From Octopus bimaculoides (lineage: Eukaryota): a stretch of DNA of 64,000 nucleotides. The first letter of the stretch is position 1. Every line of letters starts with the position of its first letter. The stretch is taken from the NCBI RefSeq assembly GCF_001194135.2, contig NC_068990.1, positions 33,342,034-33,406,033 of the forward strand, read 5' to 3'. The notes under the pieces are model-generated. The model made no database searches. It was not told the DNA's origin and was given only the letters and a program-made list of their open reading frames with translations. Positions 36,337 to 49,170 of this stretch are shown one piece after another. The position numbers were made by a program, and so were the translations under genes.

Positions 36337-37330
36337 ACATGGCTCTAAATACTGTGCAACAATACAGTATATTGGGCAAGAGCTTTCTAACTTTCTAACT
36401 TTCTAATTTTCAGCTTACAATAAATAATATATATATGTATGCTATGTCTTTATTTCAGTCATTAGACTACAGACATGATGAGACACTGCTTTGAAGTATT
36501 TTAGTCAAATGAATCAACCCCAGTGGTCAATCCTTAATTCATATCTAGCACTTCAATTTAATTTATATGAAGCAATACAATATATTGTTATTTTACTGAC
36601 CAAAATTAATCTAATTTTGTCTAGTTTCAACTTTCCATACATTGCGAAGAAGAAATTTTGGCTGTGTATATTTAGAGTAAACATGATGTTCTGGTGATCT
36701 GATAAGCTAGCTAGATTTATTTGCATTAATTTGTGAATATGCAGTTGTATTTTGTAATGCTGATCATACATATTGACACAAATATGTAGGCATAATTTTT
36801 TCCATACTGAAATTAATATTACATGAAAAAAGTAGTGAATTAGCTATTATACAATGGAAGTTACATGGCTAAATAAATATATATTTACCTCCTGACGTCA
36901 CCAAGAGATGACTGCAAGAGAAGCTTTTCTTGGATTATATTTCTTCTCAATGTTCTTTTTGTATGCATTCGTGTAAAGGAAATATTTTCTTAGTTCACTT
37001 TGAATTTTACTAATTTTGGATCACCTTGAAAACATTGTGTTAGCATATATTTTCTGATATATTAATTCGAATGATATTTTTTATATCTAAATTTGTTGAT
37101 ACAGTAGAAGTGATTGTCAACTTTGTATGGTGAATTCAACGATGGAAGATGAGATCTTCTCTATCCTTATTTTTGTTATGGGTTTAGTGGGTTTAGTGAA
37201 GAGTAAAATAATCCAAATAATGTCTTATTAAATTATTTCTTTGTCTTATTATTTTGATTATATATATATATATCGTTTGTAGAAAACATAAATCCCAAAA
37301 AGGAGCACACTCTAAGATGTAGAGCAGTAT

Positions 37331-37367
<37 letters not shown>

Positions 37368-37369
<2 letters not shown>

Positions 37370-37490
37370 GAGAATGTACGAGAAAAAAACAATAACAGAC
37401 GAGGACAGGTGGTGTAAACAACAAAAGGATGTATTAGTATGACGCTCGGGAATACGGAAAGTCTTTAACGTTTCGAGCTACGCTTTTCAA
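37368..37490 (-). mobile_element. Penelope-like terminal repeat with truncated hammerhead-like motif
   Basis: Minus strand (ta)n-tTGAA-aAGC-gta-GCTC-GAAA-CGTT-aaagac...ttgttgtttacaccacctgtcctcgtc; homologous to 32343-32465. The 5' catalytic core is missing. Confidence 0.6.
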
Positions 37491-38258
37491 TATATATATA
37501 TATTTATACATGTGTAGAGAGACAGACAGAGAGTAATAATTGGGATGGCTATGTCTTTAGATATAATGTAAATACATTTTTCAAGTAAAATGTCTAAAAG
37601 TAGTCAATGTTCATAAAACAAATTTTTGTTAGGGTAATAATGTAGGAAGGGCTCAGACTTAAAGACACTAGAAAATAAGATCATAATATATGTTATATCC
37701 TATATATAATGTATATATATATATATAAGTATACTAAATATAAGTTTTCTACACACAAGGTTATGTTTTTACCACTCTCAGCACTAAAATAATTCAGTTA
37801 TTTTACTGACAAATATTTTACAAGCAAAATAATCATAACAGGATTTCTACAATTTTGGCTTCTTCCATTAGACTTGTGGTATTAATCCTTACATTTTTCT
37901 GGCATTGTATAATAAAAGAAAATAAATGATAAGGCTTCCTCTTTCTTGTCAACTCACACAGGTACTGCACCATTAATTTTATTGCTGTTAGTAGGAGAAA
38001 CACTAACTTGTGTTTGGTGAAAATATATGTAGCATATATCATTTAGTTTGTAAATGAAATTTCAATACTATATTGTAACTATTTTCTATTTCATGAATCA
38101 TCTATGGATTGAAGAAAGAGGAAAGTATGGGGGTGACAGCATTGAAAATAGAGAGTGATTGAATTGTATGCTAATGAGTATGCTGTGAAGCATGTTTTGT
38201 TCAAGTTAACTCCCATCTTGTCCTTCAAGTTACAAATTTTTCTTTGCTCATGGTTATA

Positions 38259-39010
38259 CAGAGTTGGCCAAAAGTCCCCTGACAGTAAATCAAAGCCATT
38301 TAATACCAAGATGCATTTATGTTTAAAAACAGGAGTGGCTGTATGGTAAGGAGCTTGCTTCCCAAACATATGGTTCCAGGTTCAGTCCCATTGCGCGGCA
38401 CCTTGGCAAAGTGTCTTCTTCATAACTTACTGGGAATTCCTAAAAACAAAATCCTGTGTAAGACAGTTCAGCATTCTCTGTAAGTGCACAAAAACCGTTT
38501 TAAGGGCTACATACTTTGTATTGTTGTTACTGGATTAGTGAAACAATTATGAGAATGGAACCAAGGGATAAGTCCTGCTTTCCCGGGAATTACTGAGTAC
38601 ATCAGCTAGTATATAAATATATGTGTGTGTATATGTATATGTTTGTATGCCTGTGTTTGTCCCCCCACAATCACTTGACAACTGATGCTAGTGTTTTTAC
38701 ATCCCTGTAACTTTGCGGTCCTTCAAAAGACATCAATAGAATAAGTACAAGGCTTACAAAGAATAAGTCTTGGGGTCTATTTGCTTGACTAAAAAGGTGG
38801 TGCTCCAGCATGGCTACAGTCAAATGACTGAAACAAATAAAAAAATAACTGAATGGATTTAATAAAAGCATCTAAATATGAAACATCATGAAAATTTTTC
38901 AAACTGAAGTCCTTCTTGAGTGACACATTTTTCCATTTGAGTCAATACAGAATTACAGATAGTATTCATGGAATTTTGATTTACTGTCGGGTGACTTATG
39001 GCCAACTCTG
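38259..39010. mobile_element. Tc1/mariner-type MITE with ~29-bp TIRs and TA TSD, containing a nested SINE
   Basis: TA-cagagttggccaaaagtcccctgacagta ... tactgtcgggtgacttatggccaactctg-TA. Confidence 0.8.
38330..38845 (+). mobile_element. Family A SINE (interrupted) nested in the MITE
   Basis: caggagtggctgtatggtaaggagcttgc head through aaatgactgaaacaaataaaaaaa tail, with an extra segment at ~38425-38610. Confidence 0.8.
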
Positions 39011-39109
39011 TATTTTCTTCTGTTTTGGATTTATATCTTAATGTAGAATATTTATGTAATTAAGTATGTTGTAACAAAACTACTGTATTTCAGAAATAAA
39101 ATTTACACC

Positions 39110-39430
39110 CAGTAGTGGGGCTCTGAAAGGGGTCTCAAGGAGTAGCATCCCTGCCTTTCTGAGCTAGTTTTCCACCACATTCCTTAAAAATCATAGTAGA
39201 GGCCTTGATCTTGGGGACCACTCATGTGTAGAAACTGAAGTTGGGGGTAAGCAAGGGCATGCTCTCCGCAGAAAATCCAGCTCTAAAAAAGCCTCATGAT
39301 AGCAAAGGAGAATGGGCACCAACCAGCCAGCCAGCCCAAAGGTTGGGGTGGGCTGCACCTGCCTCCCTTGGTTGCTATGGCATTGTGGTAAATCTGGCCA
39401 CCTCAGTTAATGGGGACGAATTAACTGGAT
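39110..39430 (+). repeat. GC-richer interspersed repeat ending in (GAT)n, possibly RTE/SINE related
   Basis: aagcaagggcatgctctccgcagaaaatccagc resembles the family D motif, and it shares the gatgatgat tail. Confidence 0.35.
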
Positions 39431-39439
39431 GATGATGAT

Positions 39440-39855
39440 TAAGTGATAAAAAGTTTGCTTTCCAACCATGTGGTTCTAGGTTCAGTTCTACTGTATGACA
39501 CCTTGAAAAAGTGTCTTCTACTGTAGCCTTGGGTCAACCAAAGCTTTGTGAGTGAATTTCATAGAAACTGAAAGAAACCCATCATATGTGTGTGTATGTG
39601 TGTGTGTGTGTGCACATGTGTGTGTGTATGTCTTGTGTCAGTTTGTCCCTACCATTGCTTGACAACTGGAATTGGCTTGTTTCCATCCCTGTAACTCAGC
39701 AGTTCAGTAAAAGAGACCAATAAAATAAGTACCAGACTAAAAAAAATACAAAATGAGTACTGAGGGTAGTGATTCATTTGACTAAAATTCTTCATGGCGA
39801 TGCTCCAGCATGGCTGCAGTCTAATGACTGAAACAAGCAAAAGAATAAAAGAAAA
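39440..39855 (+). mobile_element. Family A SINE
   Basis: gtttgctttccaaccatgtggttctaggttcagttc ... tctaatgactgaaacaagcaaaagaataaaag. Confidence 0.8.
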
Positions 39856-40509
39856 AATATAAAAATTGCTATCCAAAGAAGTGGAAGTCAGATAAAAGCC
39901 GATATCATGTTTAGAATGTTAAATACATTACAGTATTTAGCTTCACTTGAGATTTGTATTTATGTGTGTATGAGTGAAAGATGGTGGTCATATCAATAGA
40001 TTACATCACTTCCTATTGATCGCTTTCACTTAGTATCCATGTGTGATCATCCATGTTGATCTCATTCCCAAATTCTAGTCAAATCAATATACTATATCAT
40101 TTACCCTTGAACAGTTCATGTCACATATGATCAAATGGAATCAGGTTCAGACAAATTTCATTAAAGACAATTATTTTTTTTATGTCAAATAGTTTACTAT
40201 TGTATTGATGGCAGGGAAATGAAGAGAATGAATAATTTTGTTAGTAAGCAAAATAATGACCAAGAATAATTCTTATCATATCTAGAATAAGCTTCGGATA
40301 CATTAATATATATTAACAAAAACCAAATAATATTTAAGAACCAAATTTGTATATATTTTGATGGATTGTTGCTTTAACCTTTGGTCCATGACTGTGCTGT
40401 TCCTCAATATGCCTTTTGTACAGCTACTTCAGAGGCCTCTGTTCTTTAGAATTAGCTGGTGTCTTGCTACCACCATTCAGGCTCTCTCACCCCACTTGTC
40501 TCTCTTGGT

Positions 40510-40745
40510 GGAGGCACACAGCTTAGTGGTTAGTGTGTTGGAGTCATGATCATAAGATTGAAGTTTTGATTCCTGGATCATTCTATGCATGTTCTTGAGC
40601 AAAACACTCCATTTCATGTTGCTCCAGTTCACTCAGCTGGCAAAAATGAGTAATCCTGTGATGGATGATGGACTGGCATCCCATCCAAGTAGGGAATTTA
40701 TATGCCATGAAACTGGGAAACTTTAGAAGGTAACTTTGCCTTTAC
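40510..40745 (+). mobile_element. Family B SINE
   Basis: Homologous to 6900-7157 and 55465-55690. Confidence 0.8.
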
Positions 40746-40937
40746 TTATGCTTGTCTTCCGTGCTCTTGTGACCTGCTGCTCCAGATCCCCTTAAACCAC
40801 TTTCCCAAATCCTTCTTCTGCAGGATGTTATTCCACTGAAGTTCCCTTTTATGCTTTTTCTACAATTGTCAACCAACAGAAATAAAAGCAACTGCACAAA
40901 AACCCTGCATCTCTGAAGGCACAATGCTCCTATCTTC

Positions 40938-40939
40938 AC

Positions 40940-40992
<53 letters not shown>

Positions 40993-41151
40993 TAATAATA
41001 ATAAAATACTTCATGCTAACAGAAACCACTCAACTCAGCTGTAATCTATAGTTTTAAATATGAAGTGGTTTATGTGACATAAAAAAAAGTGCAGTGACTG
41101 ATGAAGGGTTTTGGATAAAGATAATAACAAAATCAGACCACTGATTTACAA

Positions 41152-41243
<92 letters not shown>

Positions 41244-41930
41244 AAATAAATAAATAAAATAATAAAAATAAAGAAATGAAGTACAGTTTTTTTTTTTTTT
41301 AATTTGTAAAGTGAAGTTCCAGTAGAGGAAAATAACATCATTGACAAAATGGTTTCTGTTCTGTATTTCTTGCAATGTTGGTTGTTTAGTTTAACAAAAA
41401 CTAAATAAATCAGTAGTCAGTCTAGTTGGAGCCTCACTCTTGTTCAGTAGGAAAATCCAACATTACTTCGAAAAACAAGTGAGTATTAAAAGAAATGTAT
41501 GTATAAAATATGCCACCTGGAGATGTGGTTTAATTATGAAATGTAGAAGACAAAATTGACAATTTGAAGAAACTCTAATGCTGTTAGTGAAGTGTCCTCT
41601 TAAACATTAATTATTTTGTTTAAGAAATATGGAGAAAAAAAAAACAAGGAAAAAAACACAAAGAAAGAAAAATAAATAAAACATTGTGAAATAATAATAA
41701 TAATAATAATAATAATTACAAGAAAAAACTAAATTTGACAAAAATAAAAGTGGTGCCTGATTAAAATAAACATGATAAAACATGGCATAGTTTCCCCAGT
41801 TGGTTTAAATTGAAAAGGAATTTCAGATGTAAGTTGGAGTGAAAAACTAAACATAAAGCATATAAAACATTCATTTAGAAATTGTAAACTTATTATTATT
41901 ATTATTGTTATCCTCATCTTTATTATTATC

Positions 41931-41980
<50 letters not shown>

Positions 41981-41997
41981 TGATGATGATGATAATG

Positions 41998-42058
<61 letters not shown>
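40938..42058 (+). repeat. Cluster of four (AAT)n microsatellites
   Basis: Runs at ~40938-41005, ~41152-41240, ~41690-41716 and ~41931-42058. Confidence 0.9.
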
Positions 42059-42059
<1 letters not shown>

Positions 42060-43203
42060 CACTTTTTTTTAGAATGTTATCGTTATTGGAAGTTGCTTGG
42101 AATATTGAATATTGGAGAAAATGTAAAACCATTGAATTACTGAGATGAAATTAAAAGAAATGATGAAATGGGAATAAACCAATTCTAAGAAAGAAATATC
42201 TATGATGGTAAGAAGTGTGTGTAAGCGAGTTTGTATGTGTGTGTGTATATGTGGTTGGTATGGTGGAAAAGGTGTGGGTGAACATTAGACATTTCATTAT
42301 GAAGATGTTGTGTACTGAGAGCAAGATATAAACTATTAGATACATTATTTTTTTTTTCTTTTCTTCTGTTTCTTCTTCTGTCAGAAACTAGGGTTAGGGT
42401 ATGGCAAAGGTTGGTAATATATTGAAGACTTTCTTTGTCTCTTGCACTATTGGTGCTTCGTTCTAAGTTTGTTTTTTTGTTGTTGTTTGTTTGTTTGTTT
42501 AACATTTTAAAAATGTATGAAATAAAATTACAAAAGTAAACTGAAGTGAAAAAAATAAACTTACAAGCGAAAACAAAACAACCCCTCAGAACTGTAATAA
42601 AATAACATTCGAAAGACGTAGAATGTTTGGAGAAAGTTGCTTGTTATCTAGATTAAGTATTGTTGCAGGCAATCTTCAAATAAAGAGGAAGGGACTAGTT
42701 GTTAGAATAAAAATCAATTCCTGATATTTTATTGAGTTTTTCTTGTTGTTTATATTTTGTATATATTTGCAGCTTAAGTGCAACAGAGAAAGCAGCCTTG
42801 TTATGCTGCTGGGATAATAGCAAAGAAGAAATATATATTGTATTAATTTATTTATTGAAAAACTTGTTGCTAGCATACAAGTTGTAATTCAGAAGTAAGT
42901 CAATGTATACAAGATACTAATCTAAAACTTTGATTTGAGAGATGAAGTTATTTACATGACAATGAATTCTAATTCCTTCCTTATGATTTTTTTTTTTTTT
43001 TTTTTTTAGATACAAAGCTCCTTCTTTTTTGACTTGCGTGAATATTGTTGATATACTCAACCGCAACATATTACCAATATTCAGTCTGCTGACGTTAAAG
43101 AGATGACAAGTTACTGGCTTGGATAGTTGACTGTTTTAAATGCCATACTCTCCTATAAATGACACATCGTTGCCATTTATCATACATGGCCTGTAGTAAA
43201 GCA

Positions 43204-43378
43204 CCACTACCACTACAACCACTACTACCACTACTACCACTATAATCATCATCATCGTCATCATCATCACCATTACTGTCATCATCATCATCATTGTCAT
43301 CACTGTCACCATCATCATAATCATTGTAATCATCACCATTACTATTGTCACCAGTCATCATCATCATCGTCGTCATCG

Positions 43379-43409
<31 letters not shown>

Positions 43410-43506
43410 TGTAATCATCACCATTACTATTTTCACCACAGTCATCATCATCATCGTCATCATCATCATCATCATCATCATCGTCATCGTCGTCGTCGTC
43501 GTCGTC
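43204..43506 (+). repeat. (CAT)/(CAC)/(CGT) trinucleotide tract
   Basis: Direct reading. Confidence 0.9.
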
Positions 43507-44446
43507 AATGCTCACTTTGCCAATTTTGCACGGTTCAGAAGAAAATTGTTGTGGCCGATTTTTCCGATGCTGACACCCTTCCTATCACCAATCNNNNNNN
43601 NNNNNNNNNNNNNNNNNNNNNNNNNNNNNNNNNNNNNNNNNNNNNNNNNNNNNNNNNNNNNNNNNNNNNNNNNNNNNNNNNNNNNNNNNNNNNNNNNNNN
43701 NNNNNNNNNNNNNNNNNNNNNNNNNNNNNNNNNNNNNNNNNNNNNNNNNNNNNNNNNNNNNNNNNNNNNNNNNNNNNNNNNNNNNNNNNNNNNNNNNNNN
43801 NNNNNNNNNNNNNNNNNNNNNNNNNNNNNNNNNNNNNNNNNNNNNNNNNNNNNNNNNNNNNNNNNNNNNNNNNNNNNNNNNNNNNNNNNNNNNNNNNNNN
43901 NNNNNNNNNNNNNNNNNNNNNNNNNNNNNNNNNNNNNNNNNNNNNNNNNNNNNNNNNNNNNNNNNNNNNNNNNNNNNNNNNNNNNNNNNNNNNNNNNNNN
44001 NNNNNNNNNNNNNNNNNNNNNNNNNNNNNNNNNNNNNNNNNNNNNNNNNNNNNNNNNNNNNNNNNNNNNNNNNNNNNNNNNNNNNNNNNNNNNNNNNNNN
44101 NNNNNNNNNNNNNNNNNNNNNNNNNNNNNNNNNNNNNNNNNNNNNNNNNNNNNNNNNNNNNNNNNNNNNNNNNNNNNNNNNNNNNNNNNNNNNNNNNNNN
44201 NNNNNNNNNNNNNNNNNNNNNNNNNNNNNNNNNNNNNNNNNNNNNNNNNNNNNNNNNNNNNNNNNNNNNNNNNNNNNNNNNNNNNNNNNNNNNNNNNNNN
44301 NNNNNNNNAATGAGAGAGGCAACTGTTCTTTAGAAAAGAGATGATCAAAGGTAAACTAGTATAACGAGTTGCTGTTTAGGTGCACTGAGTGGAGTTATAT
44401 TAATGATAACTCTGGGAATGTCGATGATTGTATTTTGAAGTGACAT

Positions 44447-44977
44447 GAGAGAGGGGGAGAAAGAGAGGAGGAGAAAGAGAGAGGGGAGAAAGGGGAAAGA
44501 GGAGAGAGAGAAAGAGGAGAGAGAGAAAGAGGAGAGAGAGAAAGAGAAGAGAGAGTGGTAGGAATGAGAAGAGAAAGAGAGGGGAGAGTGGTAGGAAAGA
44601 GAAGAGAAAGAGAGGAGAGAGCGATAGGAGAGAAAGAAAGAAAGAGAGAGGAGAGGGGGAGGAGAGATCGAAATAGAGAAGAGAGAGAGAGGAGAGGGAG
44701 GAGAGATCGAAATAGAGAGGAGAGAGAGAGAGAGAGGAGAGAGAGAGAGGAGAGAGAGAGGATAGGGGGAGGAGAGATCGAAATAGAGAGGAGAGAGAGA
44801 GAGGAGAGGGGGAGGAGAGAGAGAGGAGAGGGGGAGGAGAGATTGAATTAGAGGAGAGAGAGAGGAGAGAAAAAGAGAGATGAGAGAAAGAGAGAGGGGA
44901 AGAGAGAGAAAGAGAGAGGGGAAGAGAGAGAAAGAGAGAGAGAGAGAGACAAAGACAGAGGGAGAGAAAGAGAAGAG
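44447..44977 (+). repeat. Polypurine (GA)-rich low-complexity tract
   Basis: Almost entirely A/G, with repeated gagagatcgaaatagag units. Confidence 0.9.
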
Positions 44978-45109
44978 AAGTCTTCATCTACTGCACTGTC
45001 TATATTTCTCCTCTCTCTTTTATGGGTATGAGACACCTATAGGGGATGTATTAAGATCTTGGAGGCTTTACTATCCAGTGCCATTGAGATCCTTTTAGTC
45101 AAGCAGGGA

Positions 45110-45450
45110 AATAAGATTCTATACAAAGGTACTGTGAAACCAATTCTTTTAACCTTGAATCTACATAAACAAGCATCAAGCAAAATAGCTTAGACGTGTA
45201 GTGCCCATGTCTGATTTATGTCTTTCTTGTAGGAAACTTTACGACCAACTACACCATGATCCTCACCTGCCTGAAGGACCAAATAAGTGATTCAAGGATC
45301 AGCTGAAGACCACTGTGAAGAGAAATAGCATCAGCCCTTCGAGGGTTAAGGGAATTTTTGCCAACCATTCTCATTATTTCACAGTGATTGAAAATATGCA
45401 GGAGAAACATGTTAAACCTCACCAGTAAAATGACAAAAGAATGCACACAG
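45110..45450 (+). mobile_element. RTE-type LINE 3' ORF relic
   Basis: RKLYDQLHHDPHLPEGPNK*FKDQLKTTVKRNSI resembles the RTE C-terminal L+YG+L..G.R..G.P.KR+KD.LK motif. Confidence 0.5.
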
Positions 45451-45688
45451 TGCTGCATGTAGCATCTATAAAAAAAATGCACATGATCTGTCTGCAGCTG
45501 AACTTGGGCATCAACAGCCAGCTTGTGTAGTTATCAAAGGTTCAACAAGTGATGGGGCCAACAGTTATTATTGCTGGATTTACTGAATAACAATACTGTT
45601 ATCATCGCCATCAGGTGAACCATCATCATAGTTTGAAACTAATTAGGATTAATTATTATTGACACTTATGGAAGTAAGAAGCTACACA

Positions 45689-45768
45689 TGCCAGCTGAGT
45701 GAACTGGAGCAACATGAAATGGAGTGTTTTGCTCAAGAACATGCATAGAATGATCCAGGAATCAAAAC
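45689..45768 (-). repeat. Family B SINE segment identical to the reverse complement of 40563-40642
   Basis: Base-by-base comparison gives 80/80 identity. Confidence 0.9.
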
Positions 45769-46089
45769 CTCATATTGCTCATATACTTGGTATAATTTTG
45801 CTGCTCCACCCTTTCCAAAATGCTTCTAATTGATTATTAAAGAGTTATTCAACAACCCACCACAACCATTCACGCACATACATGTGTTATTTCTTCTCTC
45901 AGTCTCTTCAAGTGATGATACAGTAGCTTCTACACATCTAAATGAGAATCTGTGTATCACTTCTGTCCAAGCCTGCTGCATCTGCTTTTCTTTCTCTCAT
46001 CAGCTCTTTTGTGTCCTTATAATCAAACCCCAGAAATTCTTTCCACTGAAAGCCTTTCCCAATATTTTTTTGGTAATGATGTTAAACGT

Positions 46090-46450
46090 GGAGGCGCAAT
46101 GGCCCAGTGGTTAGGGCAGCAGACTCGTGGTCGGAGGATCGAGGTTTTGATTCCCACACCGGGCTTTGTGTGTGTTTATTGAGCGAAAACACCTAAAGCT
46201 CCACGAGGCTCTGGCAGGGGCTGGTGGCGACCTCTGATGTACTCTTTCGCCCCAACTTTCTCTCACTCTTTCTTCCTGTTTCTTGAGTAATGCTGCGATG
46301 GACTGGTGTCCTGTCCAGTTNNNNNNNNNNNNNNNNNNNNNNNNNNNNNNNNNNNNNNNNNNNNNNNNNNNNNNNGGGGGGGGGGGGACACATGCACCAT
46401 AGAAACCGGGAAACCGGGTCCATGAGCCTGGCTAGGCTTTAAAAGGGCAC
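46090..46450 (+). mobile_element. Young tRNA-derived SINE with A and B boxes (tRNA-Arg-like head), spanning a small gap
   Basis: ggaggcgcaatggcccagtggttagggcagcagactcgtggtcggaggatcgaggttttgattccc; CpG-rich; tail atgcaccatagaaaccggg. Confidence 0.75.
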
Positions 46451-46659
46451 AAAAAAGAGAAAAAAATGATGTTAAACACCAGAAATTCCAGCTGAACATC
46501 AGTACACCAGTTCAAGTTGAGTATTATGGTCTCAAGCAGCTTGCTTTGGCCAGAATCTCTCTCCACTGAGCAACAACAACAACGATGAGGATGACGATGA
46601 CTATGACGATGACAGCAGCAGCAGCAGCAGCAGCAGTGATGTCGATGACAAGGATGATT

Positions 46660-47020
46660 CTAATAAAGGCAAAAATAGACAAATCTACAAAAAGTGCAAA
46701 GCGCAGAGTATGCAATGAAAAAGAGGAATCCATTACGTACATAATAAGTTCCTGTAGTCATATGATACAAAAAAAACTTAGACAGACAAGATTTGTAGCC
46801 AAGGCACTAAACTGGGACATATTACAGCTAAGAGGATTTGAAGTTGGAAGAAAATAGTACCAACAGCAACAGCAACAACAGCCAGAGATTTTAATAGAGA
46901 ATGATCAGTTTAAGATCATATGATATTTTACAACACAGACTGGTCTCAAACTTCATTCAAAGCAACCAGATTAGAGGAAAAAAGAATGCATCATCATAGA
47001 TGTGGCTTTATCTGTGGACA
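46660..47020 (+). mobile_element. R4/Dong-type zinc-knuckle and start of RLE domain
   Basis: KIDKSTKSAKRRVCNEKEESITYIISSCSHMIQK...VAKALNWD (ORF 46585-46857), then RKKECIIIDVALSVDINV. Confidence 0.7.
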
Positions 47021-47024
47021 TAAA

Positions 47025-47610
47025 TGTAGTACCATACTGCACTGCTACAACTGTATGCCAGTTTTTTGCCAAAATTATGTTTCTGGCATTCAGCTTTAAA
47101 TCTAATATTTTTCTCACTTGTTGCGAGTACTCTTTCTTTGTCTTTTCTTTCATACCACGGTACTTAATTCAATCAGCCTTAAGTATTCCCAGGTACCTAT
47201 ACCTGGACTAAGGTTCAACTGCCTTCATCATTTCACCATTTGGCATACACATGCTTTCTGTCCTGACAAGCTTTCCTCATCTCATCACCAAACTCTATCC
47301 AGGTATCATTTTTAAAAATCTGCACAGACTGGACTAGGCTGTCCAGTTCTACTTCACTTTTGCAAACAACCTCAAATCATCCATGTATAGCAGGTGATTA
47401 AGTTTTTCTTTACCACTTTGCAGATCACACTCCAACTTTATCTTCTGCAGTATTTCACTCAGGGAAACATTCTGAGCACAAAGATTAGTGAGAATACACT
47501 GTCCCCCTTTAAGATTCTTCTTTTGATTTTCACCTCACCTAACATTTGATTCCCTGTTGTCAATCCAGTATTCCAGCATTTCATACTATTCCATATAAGT
47601 CATCTGTTTT
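47025..47610 (-). mobile_element. R4/Dong-type reverse transcriptase fragment
   Basis: Minus strand LGEVKIKRRILKGDSVFSLIFV, NHLLYMDDLRLFAK, YRYLGILKAD and KEKTKKEYSQQVRKILDLKLNARN. (ATT)n tract lies just to the right. Confidence 0.85.
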
Positions 47611-47674
47611 CTGCTACAGCATAGATTTCCTATTATCCTTATTATTATTATTATCATCATCATCATCATCATCA

Positions 47675-47730
<56 letters not shown>

Positions 47731-48619
47731 TAGTTTTATTTTTATAACGTGCTTTCGCTTCACTACCGAGTGCAGCTCTGTGAGCCTTGGGTATGTGATG
47801 TGGTTTGCTGTGATGCTCTTATGGTTACTGTATTGAAAGTGCTTTGGAAAGTGCTTTGCGTAGGATGTATGCAGTGCCCATTATTATTATTATCATCATT
47901 ATTATTATTATTCACTTATCTTTTTCATGTCACATCTCAGCTCCATCCTGCAGCTTAGAGATGAAACACTTTCCTCAACACATGAACTATTCCAAGTATT
48001 GCAGCCATCTGAATACTAAAAAGTTTGGTTTTTACAGCTTCTGGTGCCAGAATATTACTTTTTTTTTTTTAGATAATCCCAAATGCACTGATCACAATAG
48101 GTACCACAATCACTTTTGAGGATATGTGGATTCTTTCCATTTTCAATAATCATCATCATCATTATTATTGTTATTATTATTATTTCAAGAATTCAAGACA
48201 GTCTAATATGATATTCTGAAAAATATATTTAGCTCTTAATTAATTTCAAAATATAATTATAGTTGGCAAGGTGGTGGAGACAATGTAGGTAGTGATGCTA
48301 GTGGTGGTGGTGGTGGTGGTGGTGGTGATTATGTAGATAATAAAGAAAAAGAAGAAAGTGAAACATCTACAGTTAATCAGCTCTGCCTATTATTTCATAG
48401 AAACTGTCAGTGTGTAACGCCAATCTCCATTAGTAATCAGTTTTAATTAGAACTTACAAGTAGAACATTTTGAATTAAACAATGGAAATTTTTAAAATTC
48501 TGGAAGTGAAAATATAATTAAATAAATTAAATCCTACTATTTTTCAATCAAAAATATAGAAAACAATATAGAATAATGACTTTATTTAATAAATAGCAGA
48601 GGTGGAGGTTAAATATGGT

Positions 48620-49170
48620 GGGTGTGTCGACAGAGAGAAGGAAGAGAATTGAAGGGTATGAGGTTCTGTCGTGTTATATGCCAGGGTTGAAGGATCCTTT
48701 GTGATGTAGCACACATGCTTGAAACTATTTGAATTCTTCAGTTGCAATTGCTTGCCAGAGAAGGTTTTGGATAAGAATTGCTGCTGGAGTGAATGTAAAC
48801 AGTGATGCATCAGCAGAGAAATACAGATTAGTTGAAGATTTCAAAAGGAAGGGTAGGGAAAAAGTGGAAGAGTGGCAGGAATTGACGAAGCAGTAATTTC
48901 AAGTCTATATTGAATTGGTAACATTTATTAGTTACACTGTTTGCCATGTAAGGTTGTTTCTTAAGTAATTTGACAGAGATCATTAAACAAAAGTAAGTTT
49001 AGTGTGAGAGCCAGGGAGTCAGTTTGTCAATGTATAGACAGACATTCAGTGAAAACAAATACGCCAATATACTGTATTCTATTGAATTTCTCAAGAATGC
49101 TGATAACTGACTGGACAGAAATGTTTATTATATTTGCTCAACAGAGGAAAGAGCAGTAATTCTGAAAAGT
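48620..49170 (-). mobile_element. Possible highly decayed Penelope-like RT 3' region
   Basis: Only weak motif remnants (a TDS remnant of KPTDS and a similar composition to 6550-6890). Confidence 0.3.

Noticed and set aside
36889-36911. CRE palindrome TGACGTCA (36893-36900) within a possible 23-nt minus-strand microexon
   Set aside because: A single 8-mer is expected by chance about once in 64 kb, and the pyrimidine tract is short.
42773-42894. Plus-strand exon-like segment (tttgcAG ... GAA|GTaagt)
   Set aside because: The longest frame stops just before the donor and the peptide is unrecognised. Kept only as context for the 80-bp inverted repeat.
46090-46160. tRNA gene
   Set aside because: The head is tRNA-like but the acceptor stem is not closed and it runs into a SINE body and tail.
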